60,669 bases of DNA from Octopus bimaculoides. Taxonomy: Eukaryota. The notes under the pieces were generated by a model, which had not been told where the DNA came from, did no database searches, and saw nothing but the letters and a program-made list of their open reading frames with translations. The position numbers were made by a program, and so were the translations under genes. Below, piece after piece: positions 1 to 11,657 of this stretch (within the stretch, counting starts at the first letter, position 1; each line of letters begins with the position of its first letter). Location: contig NC_068983.1 in the NCBI RefSeq assembly GCF_001194135.2, forward strand, positions 103,090,299 through 103,150,967. Reading direction: 5' to 3'.

Positions 1-100
1 ATAAACATCTAATTATTAAAGAGGTAATAGTTATCAGAAAAGTCATTTCTGTTCATTTTTTCAAATATATATTATTCTAAGGACTTTATACTTCTTTTTC

Positions 101-134
<34 letters not shown>

Positions 135-384
135 AGAGAGAGAGAGCTACACACACAATGCACATACATACATATCTTCATGCAGGATGTATACCAAAAC
201 CATCAGAAGTATATAAATTTCTCTCATTCTCTCCGTGATTTGGAACAAAATATGAAAACAAAGCAACAGCTGGCAGCATCCTGTTTGTTCAGTATTAATA
301 TCGGGTGGCATTAGCTCAATGGACTTCATTGAGCTAATGCCACCTGGCTGTCCTAATAAGAAAATATGAAATATGTTAATTGCC

Positions 385-565
385 AATGTGGGAGCCTCTA
401 CATAGCCATTTGACCTGCTAGAAATAACAACTAAATCTGCCTCAAATCACACACTACCATTTTGAAAGAGACACTGGATAATGTAGTCTTAAATATGCAG
501 AAAGATGGAACAGTCATGGTTGAAAGGTTTTAAGACATAAATCTGTTCATTTAGGACTGGCCTGT
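385..565 (+). mobile_element. Retroposon-like interspersed repeat (family E), decayed
   Basis: The motif gacctgctagaaataacaactaaatct...aagatggaacagtcatgg recurs in decayed form near 5380, 21970, 22820, 36045 and 52880-53095. Confidence 0.45.
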
Positions 566-1139
566 TTTTTTTGTGTGTGCTTTACATAATTATCAGTCTC
601 TTTATTTTGGGTGTTTATTTATTTTGTTTATTTAAAACATCTGCATAAACCATTGTCACATATATTCTTGATAATATATACTTACATACATAACTTTAGA
701 AATAATGCATATCTGTCTGTCTGTCTGTCTGCCTGTCTGTCTGCATGATTGTGTGCATGTATGTGTGTGTGTGTGTGTGTGTGCACGTGTTGTAATTGTT
801 TAAGCAGCAGGCCAGACCTGATCAAGGAACCTGTGTCACATAGATACTAAGCCAAACAACTATTTTTGATTAGATGTATAGGTTGTGTGTGTGTGTGTGT
901 GTGCGTGCACTTATGTAATAGCTACTTATTATCATCTAATGTCCACTTTTCCATGCCCGCATGAATCAGATGGAATTTGTTGAGACATTTTTTATAGCTG
1001 AATACCCTTTCTGGTGACAGTCCCCACCTGTTTCCAAACAAGGTTATATTTTCCATGGCCAGACATGTTTTTCACAGAAAACTGGAAATAGACATCTCTT
1101 GTATGATGGTGGCAGGGTACAAAATACGTACATACACAC

Positions 1140-1298
1140 ATGATGGACTTCTTTCAGTTTCTGTCTATCAAATCCACTCACAAGGCATCGGTTGGCCCAG
1201 AGCTATAGTAGAAGACACTTGCTCAAGGTGCCATACAGTGGGACTGAACCTCAAACCATGTGGTTAGGAAGCAAGTTTCTTAACCTCACATAGCCATG
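1140..1298 (-). mobile_element. tRNA/CORE-type SINE (family C), 5' half
   Basis: Matches the head of the copies at 4819-5306 and 55528-55950 (ggttcagtcccact...caccttgagcaagtgtcttctactatagc). Confidence 0.75.
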
Positions 1299-1698
1299 TA
1301 CACACACACACACACACACACCCAAGTCAAGCACAAAACATAAGTGTTTGATATATGAGTGTGAGCTATCCCTACTACTCCACAAATTCTTTTGAAAAGG
1401 TATCAAGATAGATTAAGGTGCCCCAGCAAAACAATAGAAGAAACAAAGTTAACAAACCCAATTAATTACAGTCTCTCAACCAGTCACTCAATGTAGAGTT
1501 CACTGGTCAACAATTTTTTCCACTGCAGAAGATTTAGGGCGAACAAAAAAAAAAAAATTTTTTATGCTGATTTCAAAACTGTCTTCAGTTTTTCTGTAGC
1601 ATTTTGAGATTTTGCTATGAAATCCATTTTATTTTTGTAATTATTATTTGAAATATTTTCTGTTTTTCAGAGTATTTATTCAACTCATTATCATTTAA

Positions 1699-1796
1699 CC
1701 TTTAGCGCACTGTGGGTGCATCATGTCACTGTATGAGTTTTCTCCTCTGTAGTGACAGGGGAAACTTTTCTAGAGAAAATGCAATGTGCTTAAAGG
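1699..1796. mobile_element. Small piggyBac-type MITE
   Basis: TTAA on both flanks (1695-1698, 1797-1800); imperfect TIR cctttagcgcac / gtgcttaaagg. Confidence 0.45.
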
Positions 1797-1879
1797 TTAA
1801 TTAACGTGACTTGTGAATGTAAAAATTGTCATACCTTTTCTGATATTTCATATAACTAAAATACAATAACAAGATTTTC

Positions 1880-2117
1880 TATAGGTCATCAGTGATGTTT
1901 CCTAAGGTCATTAGGTGTTTTAGGTCTTTCAACAACTAGATAGCCTCAGCCAGGTGGTCCAGCTGGGGTTGATCAAGTCCCAGCTCATGTCCAGCTTGCA
2001 CCACCCTGGTAGTATTTCTTTTTCCAGGGCTTGCCTCTCCTGATCCATAGCCACCTTTAGGCAACCTTTGATGCCTCATCAGCCAATTTGATGGCCTTCT
2101 GCCTACTGGCCCCTATC
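1880..2117 (-). mobile_element. 3' end of a HERO-like (REL-endonuclease) non-LTR retrotransposon
   Basis: Minus frame reads IGASRQKAIKLADEASKVA*RWLWIRRGKPW, followed by a 3'UTR (tgttgaaagacctaaaacacctaatgacc...catcactgatga) of the kind I recall for HERO elements. Confidence 0.55.
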
Positions 2118-2149
2118 AAAATTTATGTAAATGTGCCAGATATATTTTG

Positions 2150-2939
2150 GTTATCACATAGGTGACCGAGATAGCTGTGGGCACTATATTCAATATGTTC
2201 TGTTTGTTCAAACAGACAATGATTGGTTGAACAAAAAGAAGCCATCGATGATGTGGAGAGGATAAAGAGATCATCACATCAACTGTTAATTTTGTAGTTT
2301 TCATATAACTGAACTTTCCACAAGGAGCAACTATATGATTGTGTTCAAACCTATGTTAGTCATAGACCAATCCAGCTTGATGAAACAATACCTATTCCCT
2401 TCCCCCAAACTAGCTTCTGCAGATGATCAAATGGACAGTGATAAAGTTGCAACTAGTGGAGGTGCTAGACCTCTTAAAGAGTCTGAATACTTAGCTGAAG
2501 AAAAATTTGAGCCGATATTATTTACTCAAAAGTATCTAGAAGATCATATAAGGGACTTATTGCTGTCTAAAGAAAAGACAAAACTTTTTGCTTTAAGTCT
2601 GAAAGAAGATAATTTATTTGCTTAAAATGTAGAAAGAAATTACTATTGAAAATGAAATTTTTATTTAGCAACATATTTTTACAGGACTAAAGAAGAATGC
2701 AAAAAATAAGTTATATTTTATAGTTCTTGTTTATTTTAAACATACCACCAGAAGTGTGGAATTCTACTGTCCTAACTGGTGTGACAATTTAAAACAGATA
2801 AAAAGCATGCATTTAATACCATAAGTTTGTGAAGTTCAGGTTTTAATGTGGCAGTAATTTATACAGAATAAAAGTAATAATTTTCAGTTACAACATTAAT
2901 AAAAGAAACAAATTTTGTCATAAACATTGTAGAAGTAGC

Positions 2940-2980
<41 letters not shown>

Positions 2981-3268
2981 NNNNNNNNNNNNNNNNNNNN
3001 NNNNNNNNNNNNNNNNNNNNNNNNNNNNNNNNNNNNNNNNNNNNNNNNNNNNNNNNNNNNNNNNNNNNNNNNNNNNNNNNNNNNNNNNNNNNNNNNNNNN
3101 NNNNNNNNNNNNNNNNNNNNNNNNNNNNNNNNNNNNNNNNNNNNNNNNNNNNNNNNNNNNNNNNNNNNNNNNNNNNNNNNNNNNNNNNNNNNNNNNNNNN
3201 NNNNNNNNNNNNNNNNNNNNNNNNNNNNNNNNNNNNNNNNNNNNNNNNNNNNNNNNNNNNNNNNNNNN

Positions 3269-3346
<78 letters not shown>

Positions 3347-3600
3347 TGTATGTTCTTGAATTAAAGCCTTTTCTGTGCTACATGTGGCCATGTAAATGGA
3401 AAATATGAAAATATTGCATTGCTAAAAATATGTGGAATCAATATAGGTGACCTGGTTGAAAGACTAACTTGGTATTTTGCTGACTTGAATTTTTTTAGTG
3501 GTGTGGCGCACATGATGATAAGCTGTGTCTCAAGTAGCCTGCTTCCCAAAAACGGTTGCCCGTGCCTGATCTATTCAGTTGGTCAAGTTCTGTTTAAAGA
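2150..3600 (+). pseudogene. Decayed CMC/Chapaev3-like transposase fragments
   Basis: Peptides IGDRD...WLNKK...MWR..DH..C.FC, FTQKYLEDHIRDLLLSKEKTKLFALSLKEDNL and HVNGKYENIALLKI..GDL; interrupted by stops, microsatellites and a gap. Confidence 0.5.
2942..3352. repeat. (TA)n/(TATG)n microsatellite flanking an N gap
   Basis: Seen directly in the sequence. Confidence 0.95.
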
Positions 3601-4056
3601 AAGAAAAAATGGACAGCTGCATGCTACCAAGAAGGGAGAATGGGCAACCTTGAGTTTGTTTATACAGTCTGTATATGGCTGGGGGAGATTATACTCTGGT
3701 TAATCTAATAAAACTGGTGAGAAACAATGAACACTCCAAACCTCCCTTGATTTCATGGATGTCACTTCATACACACACACACACATACACACACACAACG
3801 TATATAAATTCACACTTAATAAGTGTGAGTATATTGACAGAATATACTGATAGAATAAGTACCAGGCTTAACAAAAAAGTTAGTAATGGTGGTGGTGGTG
3901 GTGGTGGGGTGCCAATTCATTCAACTAGGAATTCTTCAAGGCTGTGCCCCAGCATGGCCACAGTCTAATGACTGAAACAGGTGAAGGAGAAGAAAAATAT
4001 TGTCATACTGTAAATACTTAAATCATTATCATCAGACTCATTAATGCATAAAACAA

Positions 4057-4225
4057 AATGCTTCGTGGTATTTCTTCTGGCTCTACATTCTCAGTTCAAA
4101 TTCCTTTGACTTTTCTGTTTATTCTTTAAGATTGATAAAATAAGTACCAGTCAAGGATTGGGATTAATGTAACCAACTTATCCACTACCTCCACAAATCG
4201 CTGGCCTTGTGCCAAAATTTGATAC
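4057..4225 (+). mobile_element. MetaSINE-like SINE (family B), decayed
   Basis: aaatgcttcgtggtattt...gataaaataagtaccagt...ggccttgtgccaaaattt aligns with the other family B copies. Confidence 0.6.
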
Positions 4226-4818
4226 CATTATTTTTATTATTAGTATTCATACTAGATATCATTCCAACATAACAATATTACATTATAAACTTGCTTGACT
4301 GAATTCATTTTGTAGAAGCCAATCATTATTCTTCAAAGTAATCACTTCAATATAATCATAAATACACATTTAACCCATATTGAGTTAAATTTAACCTTGT
4401 GGTTTCATCTTTGAATAACAGCTGCTTAATATAGACTCAATTGTAGATTAATTAGCAATGGATTAATTATGAAAGTATTTAAGGTGGACAACAACCCACT
4501 TATTGATTGTGTTGCTAATGATTGAGTCAACATGGAAAGACTAATGATAATTAAATTAAGTTAAAGATATGATTATCATTAGAAAGGCAGTGAAGCAGCA
4601 GAAAGAAAATATGCTGAAGTTAAGCCATTCCAGGAGTTGATTTTGTTGTTTCTATGCCCTGAGCCTAAACCCTTCGGTGCCAATAACAGATACTGAACCT
4701 AATAAAAAAAAAAAAAAAGAAAAATCACCTCACAAGTGATATACTGTGATTATTCCAATTGTGAGCTTCCCATTTTATTTTTTTCCTGACATAGTCTCCT
4801 GGTCTGCATTCCCAATAC

Positions 4819-5103
4819 TCTTTTACTTGTTTCAGTCATTTGACTGTAGCCATGCTGGAGCACCGCCTTTAGTTGAGGAAATCGACCCCAGAACTTATTC
4901 TTTGTAAACCTAGTACTTATTCTATCGGTCTCTTTTTTGCCGAACCGCTAAGTTACGGGGACGTAAACACACCAGCATCGGTTGTCNNNNNNNNNNTATT
5001 CTATCGGTCTCTTTTTTGCCGAACCGCTAAGTTACGGGGACGTAAACACACCAGCATCGGTTGTCAAGCGATGTTGGGGGACAAACACACACACATATAT
5101 ATA

Positions 5104-5143
<40 letters not shown>

Positions 5144-5306
5144 GATGGGCTTCTTTTCAGTTTCCATCTACCAAATCCACTTACAAGACTTTGGTCAGCC
5201 CGAGGCTATAGTAGAAAACACTTGCCCAAGGTGCCACGCAGTGGGACTGAACCCAGAACCATGTGGTTGGTAAGCAAGCTACTTACCACACAGCCACTCC
5301 TGCGCC
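4819..5306 (-). mobile_element. tRNA/CORE-type SINE (family C), near full length
   Basis: tRNA-like head ggcgcaggagtggctgtgtggtaag..., CORE-like caccttgggcaagtgt, internal (TA)n, and tail ...gactgaaacaagtaaaaga. Confidence 0.85.
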
Positions 5307-5530
5307 TACATTTAGTGTGCAACAGGTAAGAACGAACCCTAGCCACTTGCACAATGTGTCCTTTTTTTTTTATAAGTGCATTGTGAGATTTAAAAGAGGT
5401 TTGGTTACTATTTCTAGTTGTTTAAACAACCATGCAGATGTTCCCACGGAGTGTATGCATATTTTACAGGAAAGTAAAACAGTAAAATATCAAACTTCTA
5501 TTTCATGCATCATTATTTACTCCATCGTAA

Positions 5531-5745
5531 GGTGGCAAGCTGGCAGAATCGTTAGCACACCGGATGGAATGCTTACAGGTATTTTGCCTGTCACTATGTT
5601 TTGAGTTCAAACTATGCTGAGGTCAACATTGCTTTTTATCCTTTTGGGGTCGATAAATTAAGTACCAGCGAAACAGTGGGGTCAATGTAATCGACTAGTC
5701 CCTTCCCACCAAATTCCAGGCCTTGTGCTTTTGTAGAAAGGATTA
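5531..5745 (+). mobile_element. MetaSINE-like SINE (family B)
   Basis: ggtggcaagctggcagaatcgttagcac...ggggtcgataaattaagtaccag...ggccttgtgc...agaaaggattatt. Confidence 0.8.
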
Positions 5746-5771
5746 TTTACTCTATTGTCTCGAACTGGTAG

Positions 5772-5829
5772 ACATTTGCTTTGAAGTGAGAGCAGAAAGT
5801 GAAAGATGTATGTACGTGTATATGAAATG

Positions 5830-5877
<48 letters not shown>

Positions 5878-6597
5878 NNNNNNNNNNNNNNNNNNNNNNN
5901 NNNNNNNNNNNNNNNNNNNNNNNNNNNNNNNNNNNNNNNNNNNNNNNNNNNNNNNNNNNNNNNNNNNNNNNNNNNNNNNNNNNNNNNNNNNNNNNNNNNN
6001 NNNNNNNNNNNNNNNNNNNNNNNNNNNNNNNNNNNNNNNNNNNNNNNNNNNNNNNNNNNNNNNNNNNNNNNNNNNNNNNNNNNNNNNNNNNNNNNNNNNN
6101 NNNNNNNNNNNNNNNNNNNNNNNNNNNNNNNNNNNNNNNNNNNNNNNNNGAGAGAGAGAGAGAGAGAGAGAGAAGGTGTGTGTTGTCATGTATGTACTTT
6201 TTGGCATGTATGTGTAAGTGGTAGGGTTCGTCCTTACCTGCTGTGCACACACAAACAAACACGTACACCCATTACCCTTTCATATACACGTACATACATA
6301 AATACATATGCATACATCTTTTTTGTATGTGTGTGTGTGGTAGGGGGTGTACTTGTGTGTTTGTGTGCGTGTGTGACTGACTACAAATACATAATGCTGA
6401 ACACGGCGCTTTTTAGTGTGCAGCAGGTAAAAACGAACCCTAGCTACTTGCACATATATGCAAAAAAAAAATACATACATAGCACACACCTTCACTCATT
6501 CGCTCTCTCTCTCACTCACACACACACACACACACGTCCATTTCATATACACATACAAGCACCTTCCACTTTATCCTCTCACTTTAAAGCAAATGTC
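5772..6597. repeat. Local inverted duplication containing microsatellites
   Basis: 5772-6250 is the reverse complement of 6415-6597 (unique parts about 80% by eye); a third partial copy lies at 5311-5360. Confidence 0.7.
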
Positions 6598-6699
6598 ACC
6601 TTCCACATGTCATAAAACAAAAGTCAATGGCCTCTGATTCATCTATTGCGGCCTCGAATTCAGACATGGCAATAATGCAGAGAAAGTTATCGAACCTAC

Positions 6700-7330
6700 A
6701 GATGATGACATCTGTTTTACACCATTATTTTTTTACTTCAGCGGGATAAGCTTTGAAGTGGTGAGTATTAAGTGTATCGGTCATATTAGGCACCTGATTC
6801 CACTTGACCCAAACATGCATTTTATTGCATATCTCTTAAAGACACAGTCATAACTTAAGTAATCGTTCTAGATGCTGCGAGCCATTTTCGTGCCAAAGTC
6901 GTGTCATTAAGCAGCAATGTATAATCGTTGTGATATTGTCTCCAAGTGCGCCATTGGGTCCTTTCTCGTGACACTTGAAAATGAGATTAAAGAGAAGTTG
7001 CACGACGTGATGTACCAGCCAACATTTTGCTAGCACAGCAAAGTTATACTTATTTTTAAAACTGATTATAGGATTCATCAGTCTCGATGTTTATCACGTA
7101 AGTTGGAGGAAATTTATTACAAGCTTCATAAAAAAAATACAGCCATGAATGCTGTGACCACTCGCTTTTCAGATTTACGGTTATTGATCAGGATAACAAA
7201 AGGATAGAATGATTCATGATGATGTATCATAACAGTAAATATGATAAGTTGCTTCTGTTTCCAATGCGCCGATTGCACTTCATCCTGAAAGGCACAAGTG
7301 TAATGTCGATGAAATCCATTTGTATGATAC
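6700..7330 (-). pseudogene. Decayed DDE DNA transposase remnant (CMC-like)
   Basis: Minus-strand motifs QDEVQSAHWKQ, FKNKYNF and FKCHEKGPNGALG resemble QDExQSxHW, QFKNK and HGKGPxDGxG motifs. Confidence 0.4.
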
Positions 7331-8279
7331 AGTGCACACTGTATAGAACTATTGTATGCAATTTATCATCATTTTAGGTCTTTTCTTGGTCGATCGTAAC
7401 GAATTCATGACAAAGAAACCTTGAATGTTGGGTAGCCATTTTATCAACGGTATCTCTCACATTTTTGTCAGCTAATAGTTTTTATTTTATTTTATCCTTT
7501 TCTGTCGCTGGCATAGGCTCGGGAACAGGGGATGCAAGTGCACTCCCTAAAATTTTGGTGGTAGTGGTAGTGAGAGCAATGAAAACATTTTAAACATCCT
7601 GGAAAACTGGGTTTGCATCCCCTAAGCAAATTTCGTTCCAGCACTGAGTCACTGGGTTACTTCGACATCATAAATTAAGGTCGATACCATTCAATAATGC
7701 GTCATTTTTGCATAGTGGGCACTTCTTTATCCAATCATATACGACCTTTGGAAGGAATTACTTCTTAGAGTATTCCAGTGTTGCTGGAACTTTGCGATGT
7801 AGGTTAACGAACAAAAAATTAAATCAGTGTGATATTAACACGAATGGACATTATACAACATCTAAGAGGAGTGTTCTTTCTTGACAAACAAAATCGAATG
7901 GTCTATGAAGAGCTGGTATATCTTGGATATCGTAACGAAAGTCATTTCCTCTGTCTGTCTGTCTGTCTCGGTCTCTTTCTCTCTCTCTTCATTTGAGCAG
8001 GAGACCGGATGACCATCGTATCGACCTTACCAGCATCACACACGTTATCTGATCATTTAAAGAAAGATTTATAAGGTGATCTTCATACTGCAAATCACTT
8101 AAACAATATGTACCTGCAAGACTGCGAAACTACTCCAGAGTTGTGTCCTGTAATAAGTGCTGAGAGAAAAAATTTTCAACAGGTCGTTCAGGGCAGAAAG
8201 TCCTGCTATTATACATGTGACAGTAAATGTCATTTAAAGACTTTCTGATCAAAATAGCTGGAATACACACACACACTCG

Positions 8280-8316
<37 letters not shown>

Positions 8317-9600
8317 TGGATGTCAGCTTGTAAATGAGTATGACCATCACTGACAAATCAATATCTGTGCAAAATTTTAGGTCCAACGGGGCTTGCTCAA
8401 CATCTCATGAACCCTCTGCACCCAACTGATATGATCTAGAGACGTGCCGGGTCAAGCTACTTAATGCAAATAGAGGTCGCAGTCTCGGAAATGTGGAAAT
8501 GGTATGATCTCAAGTCCAAGCAAAATATTCCCCGAAATGTCCTAAGCGACCTTTTTCTAGAGACATGCTTTAAGAAAAGATGTGGGGTGCCTAACTCCTA
8601 ATGGTCTTCCAGCACTCCTGACATTAACCTGGAATTTAGATACATACATACATACATACATTATTACAGGGTGTTTCACCCGATAGTGGTAGCACCTTGA
8701 ATAAAGCCGCATGGATACGTATAGCCTGGATGAACTTATAATGCAATTGAACCAACAGGATGCAACTGGATGCAACTGGATGCCACATCTTTGCATATCT
8801 AGGCAGCAGAAACACGTCTCGGACAGAGATTTAAAGTGGATGTATTGTTTGTAATACTGTAGTAAACAAGCTTTTGAGGATGTATAATTCTACATTCTTA
8901 TTTTTAATGTTTTGTTTACATACATAACCAGTAGAGAGCATCGAAGAATATCGCCTTGTCCTCGGTTCCAAGATTCGACAAGGAAGGCAAGGAACTCAGT
9001 CCCATCATTCATGATAAGGAGGAAGAGTTTGGAAGCTGGAGACAGTGGGAAGAGCTAAAAAGAACTGACAAAAATGCATAAGAGAAGCCCGATTCTCCCC
9101 CTCCCCTCCGATGAATTGCAGTTCTCAGTTCTTCGGAAAAGAAAAAATCTAATAGAACTACTAAATGAACTGGAGAAAAAGGAAGGAATATCGCAATGGG
9201 CTCCGATTTTGTGGAGTTTCCAGGTGACAGACAGCTAGCAATAACTACAAATCTATAAACTACAAATGTGCAAATTTGTATAAGATGGTGATTTCGTGCC
9301 AAGTCCGACAGCAGAGATGTTTTTAGGGACCTCGGGTATAGTAATTTTGACGAGTTATAGGAGGTTATTGTTATGAGGGTTAATAGTTTTCATGTTCTTT
9401 TGAAGTTAGGTCATATATTATTTTAATTATTGTTGAATGTAGTTTTATATTTAATTTTAATTTTTATCAAATTTATACGTTTCATTGTATGACATACTTA
9501 TCTATTTTCTCCTACTATATGCTATAACACCCGTTCTTTAACGTTTATTGCATGCAAGCACGAGTCTTTGAAGTTAATAATAAATAAATTATTAATGTTA

Positions 9601-9732
9601 AAGACGCCGAGCTGGCAGAATCCTTAGCAGGCCGGGCGAAATGCTTAGTAGTATTGCTTTAAAAAGAAAAGAAAAGTCAAGGCGGCAAGCTTGTAGAAAC
9701 GTTAACACGCCGGGCGAAATGCTTCGTGGTAT
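9601..9732 (+). mobile_element. Two family B SINE heads; the second is the 5' part of the SINE split by the ORF1-only element
   Basis: gacgccgagctggcagaatccttagc... and ggcggcaagcttgtagaaacgttaacacgccgggcgaaatgcttcgtggtat. Confidence 0.75.
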
Positions 9733-11078
9733 AACGGCTCTGTGAATTATTGTGAATACTGTTGTGTTACTTTGTGAAAACTGTCTCGGTGAATAATTGT
9801 GATTTTTGTGGAATTATTACGGTCGTATTTCACGTGAGCTGCTGCATTTTTCCCAGCTATGGCAAGTGGTAGTGTCTCCAGTATGGAGAGCTACGCCAAG
9901 GCCACTGCGGTGAGGAAGCCAGTGCAGCTGGAAACCAAGTTAATGAAGTTGGATATGGAGGAGGTGACCAGAAGCAGGAATTTGATAGAAGTTGAGGGAA
10001 ACTCNNNNNNNNNNTAAAAATACGAATTCCCAGAGTTACACCAGATATCAAACCAGAGTGGTTGGTTGCAACTAGGGAGGAGCCGGAATTAGGACCAGTG
10101 GCGAAAACAAAAGTGCGCAAATGGTGGGGATTTGGACTCGAAATGTGGCTTTTTGCCACATTCAAGGACATAGAAAGAATTCCCTACCAGATAGAAGTGG
10201 AGGACGAGAAAATGTTAAATGTTGTAGTCGAGGGAAGGAAACCAAATTGTTATATATGCGGGGAGAGAGGTCATATGAAGGCCAAATGCCCCCTATATGA
10301 GTTCACACAGCCACAGCAAGAGAAAGCACAAACAGAGGAGGAAATAATTGTAGACCACACTGAGGAAATAAAAGAGAGACAGAAGTGTGAAACAGAGAAA
10401 ACAAAGGAGAAGAACGAAAATGGAGCTACTAACCCTAAAAAGCGAAGAAAAATAAGTCAAAGGAACGGTCAACAGAAAACAAAAAAAGAGATAAAAAAGC
10501 CAGAAACTAATAATGTACAAGAAGAAGAAGAGAGAACGGATAAAGATGTGAAATACAAGGGGCTTTTGATAAAGTACGAGAATTGCGAGCAGATGGAGAG
10601 AAAAGTCGAGAGGTTAGAAGAAATAATAAGAGTGAAAACGCCAGAGAAATGTGCTGAAAAATGCATTTTGACACGTGAGGAAAGATGCTTCGAGTGCATA
10701 AAAGAACTTGATGAAAAGTTAATAACGAAACGGATATGGTTGGTGGAGACACCACCCCCTAGAACTGATTATTTGCAGTTGTTAAGGACAGACGTAACAA
10801 TGATTAATGGAAGAAAGGTAACGTGAGTGTTTGAATTTTTTGAGTTACAAAACCGTTAAAATGTTTACATGACGTTGAACGTAAAAGTGAAAAACTGGAT
10901 AAATGTAACCACCCGACTTCGGGGATCGAGTGGACATTGCGCCTCATTTTTGTTCATTCTTGCATATTATCATTTTATTTTAATTACCCCGATTTTATGT
11001 TTGCGTTTTATAACTGTCTTTATGTTTTGTGGTGTCTTAAAAATTCTTTGTGTAGCCCTTTATGGGTAATAAAGAAAT
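9733..11078 (+). mobile_element. ORF1-only (non-autonomous) Tx1/L1-like retroelement
   Basis: Flanked by (t/c)ggtat duplications (9727-9732, 11079-11084); has a 5'UTR, one ORF with a zinc knuckle, a 3'UTR ending aataaagaaat, and no EN/RT. Confidence 0.7.
9859..10826 (+). CDS. Gag-like ORF1 protein with a CX2CX4HX4C zinc knuckle (Tx1-clade type)
   Basis: ATG 9859 MASGSVSSMESYAKA... is open to the 10-N gap, then KIRIPRVTPDIKPEWLV...NVVVEGRKPNCYICGERGHMKAKCP...RKVT*. Frame continuity across the gap cannot be verified. Confidence 0.7.
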
Positions 11079-11657
11079 CGGTATTTCGTCTGCCGTTACG
11101 TTCTGAGTTCAAATTCCGCCGAGGTCGACTTTGCCTTTCGAGGTCGATAAATTAAGTACCAGTTATGCACTGGGATCGATGTAATCGACTTAATCCCTTT
11201 GTCTGTCGTTGTTTGTCCCCTCTATGTTTAGCCCATTGTGGGCAATAAAGAAATAAGAAACGTTAGCACGCCGGGCGATATGCTTAGTTGTATTTCGTCT
11301 GTCTTTACGTTCTGCGTTCAAATTCCGTCGAGGTCGACTTTGCCTTTCATCCTTTGGGGATCGATAAACTAAGTACCAGTTGCGTACTGAGTCGATCTAA
11401 TCGACTAGCCCCCTCCCTAAAAATTTCGGGCCTTGTGCCTAGAATAGAAAAGAATAAATAGATTATTAATGCTATTGAGACGGCGAGCTGGCAGAATTGT
11501 TAGCACAGTGACAAAAATACTTTATGTTTTGACTTCAAATACCACCGAGGTCGGTTTCATCCTTTCGGGGTCAATGAAACAAATACCAGTTGAGTGCTGG
11601 GTTTAATATAATCGACTACCCCTATCTCTAGGCCTTGTGTCTATATTAGAAAGGATT
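11079..11657 (+). mobile_element. Head-to-tail array of three family B (MetaSINE-like) units
   Basis: The core gaggtcgactttgcctttcatcctttcggggtcgataaattaagtaccag occurs three times; the first unit carries an alternative tail ending gggcaataaagaaataagaa. Confidence 0.85.

Noticed and set aside
2060-2085. CTGATGA-GGCA...TGCC hammerhead-like stem on the minus strand
   Set aside because: Followed by TAAA rather than GAAA, has no stem I or III, and lies in the HERO-like coding frame.
4917-5066. Identical 70-bp direct repeat either side of a 10-N gap
   Set aside because: An exact duplicate across a scaffold gap inside a SINE; most likely an unmerged contig overlap.
8940-9570. Purine-rich ORF-like stretch with an AATAAA tail just before the half-Tx1
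   Set aside because: It has stops and no recognisable motif; it could be a retroelement remnant but cannot be supported.
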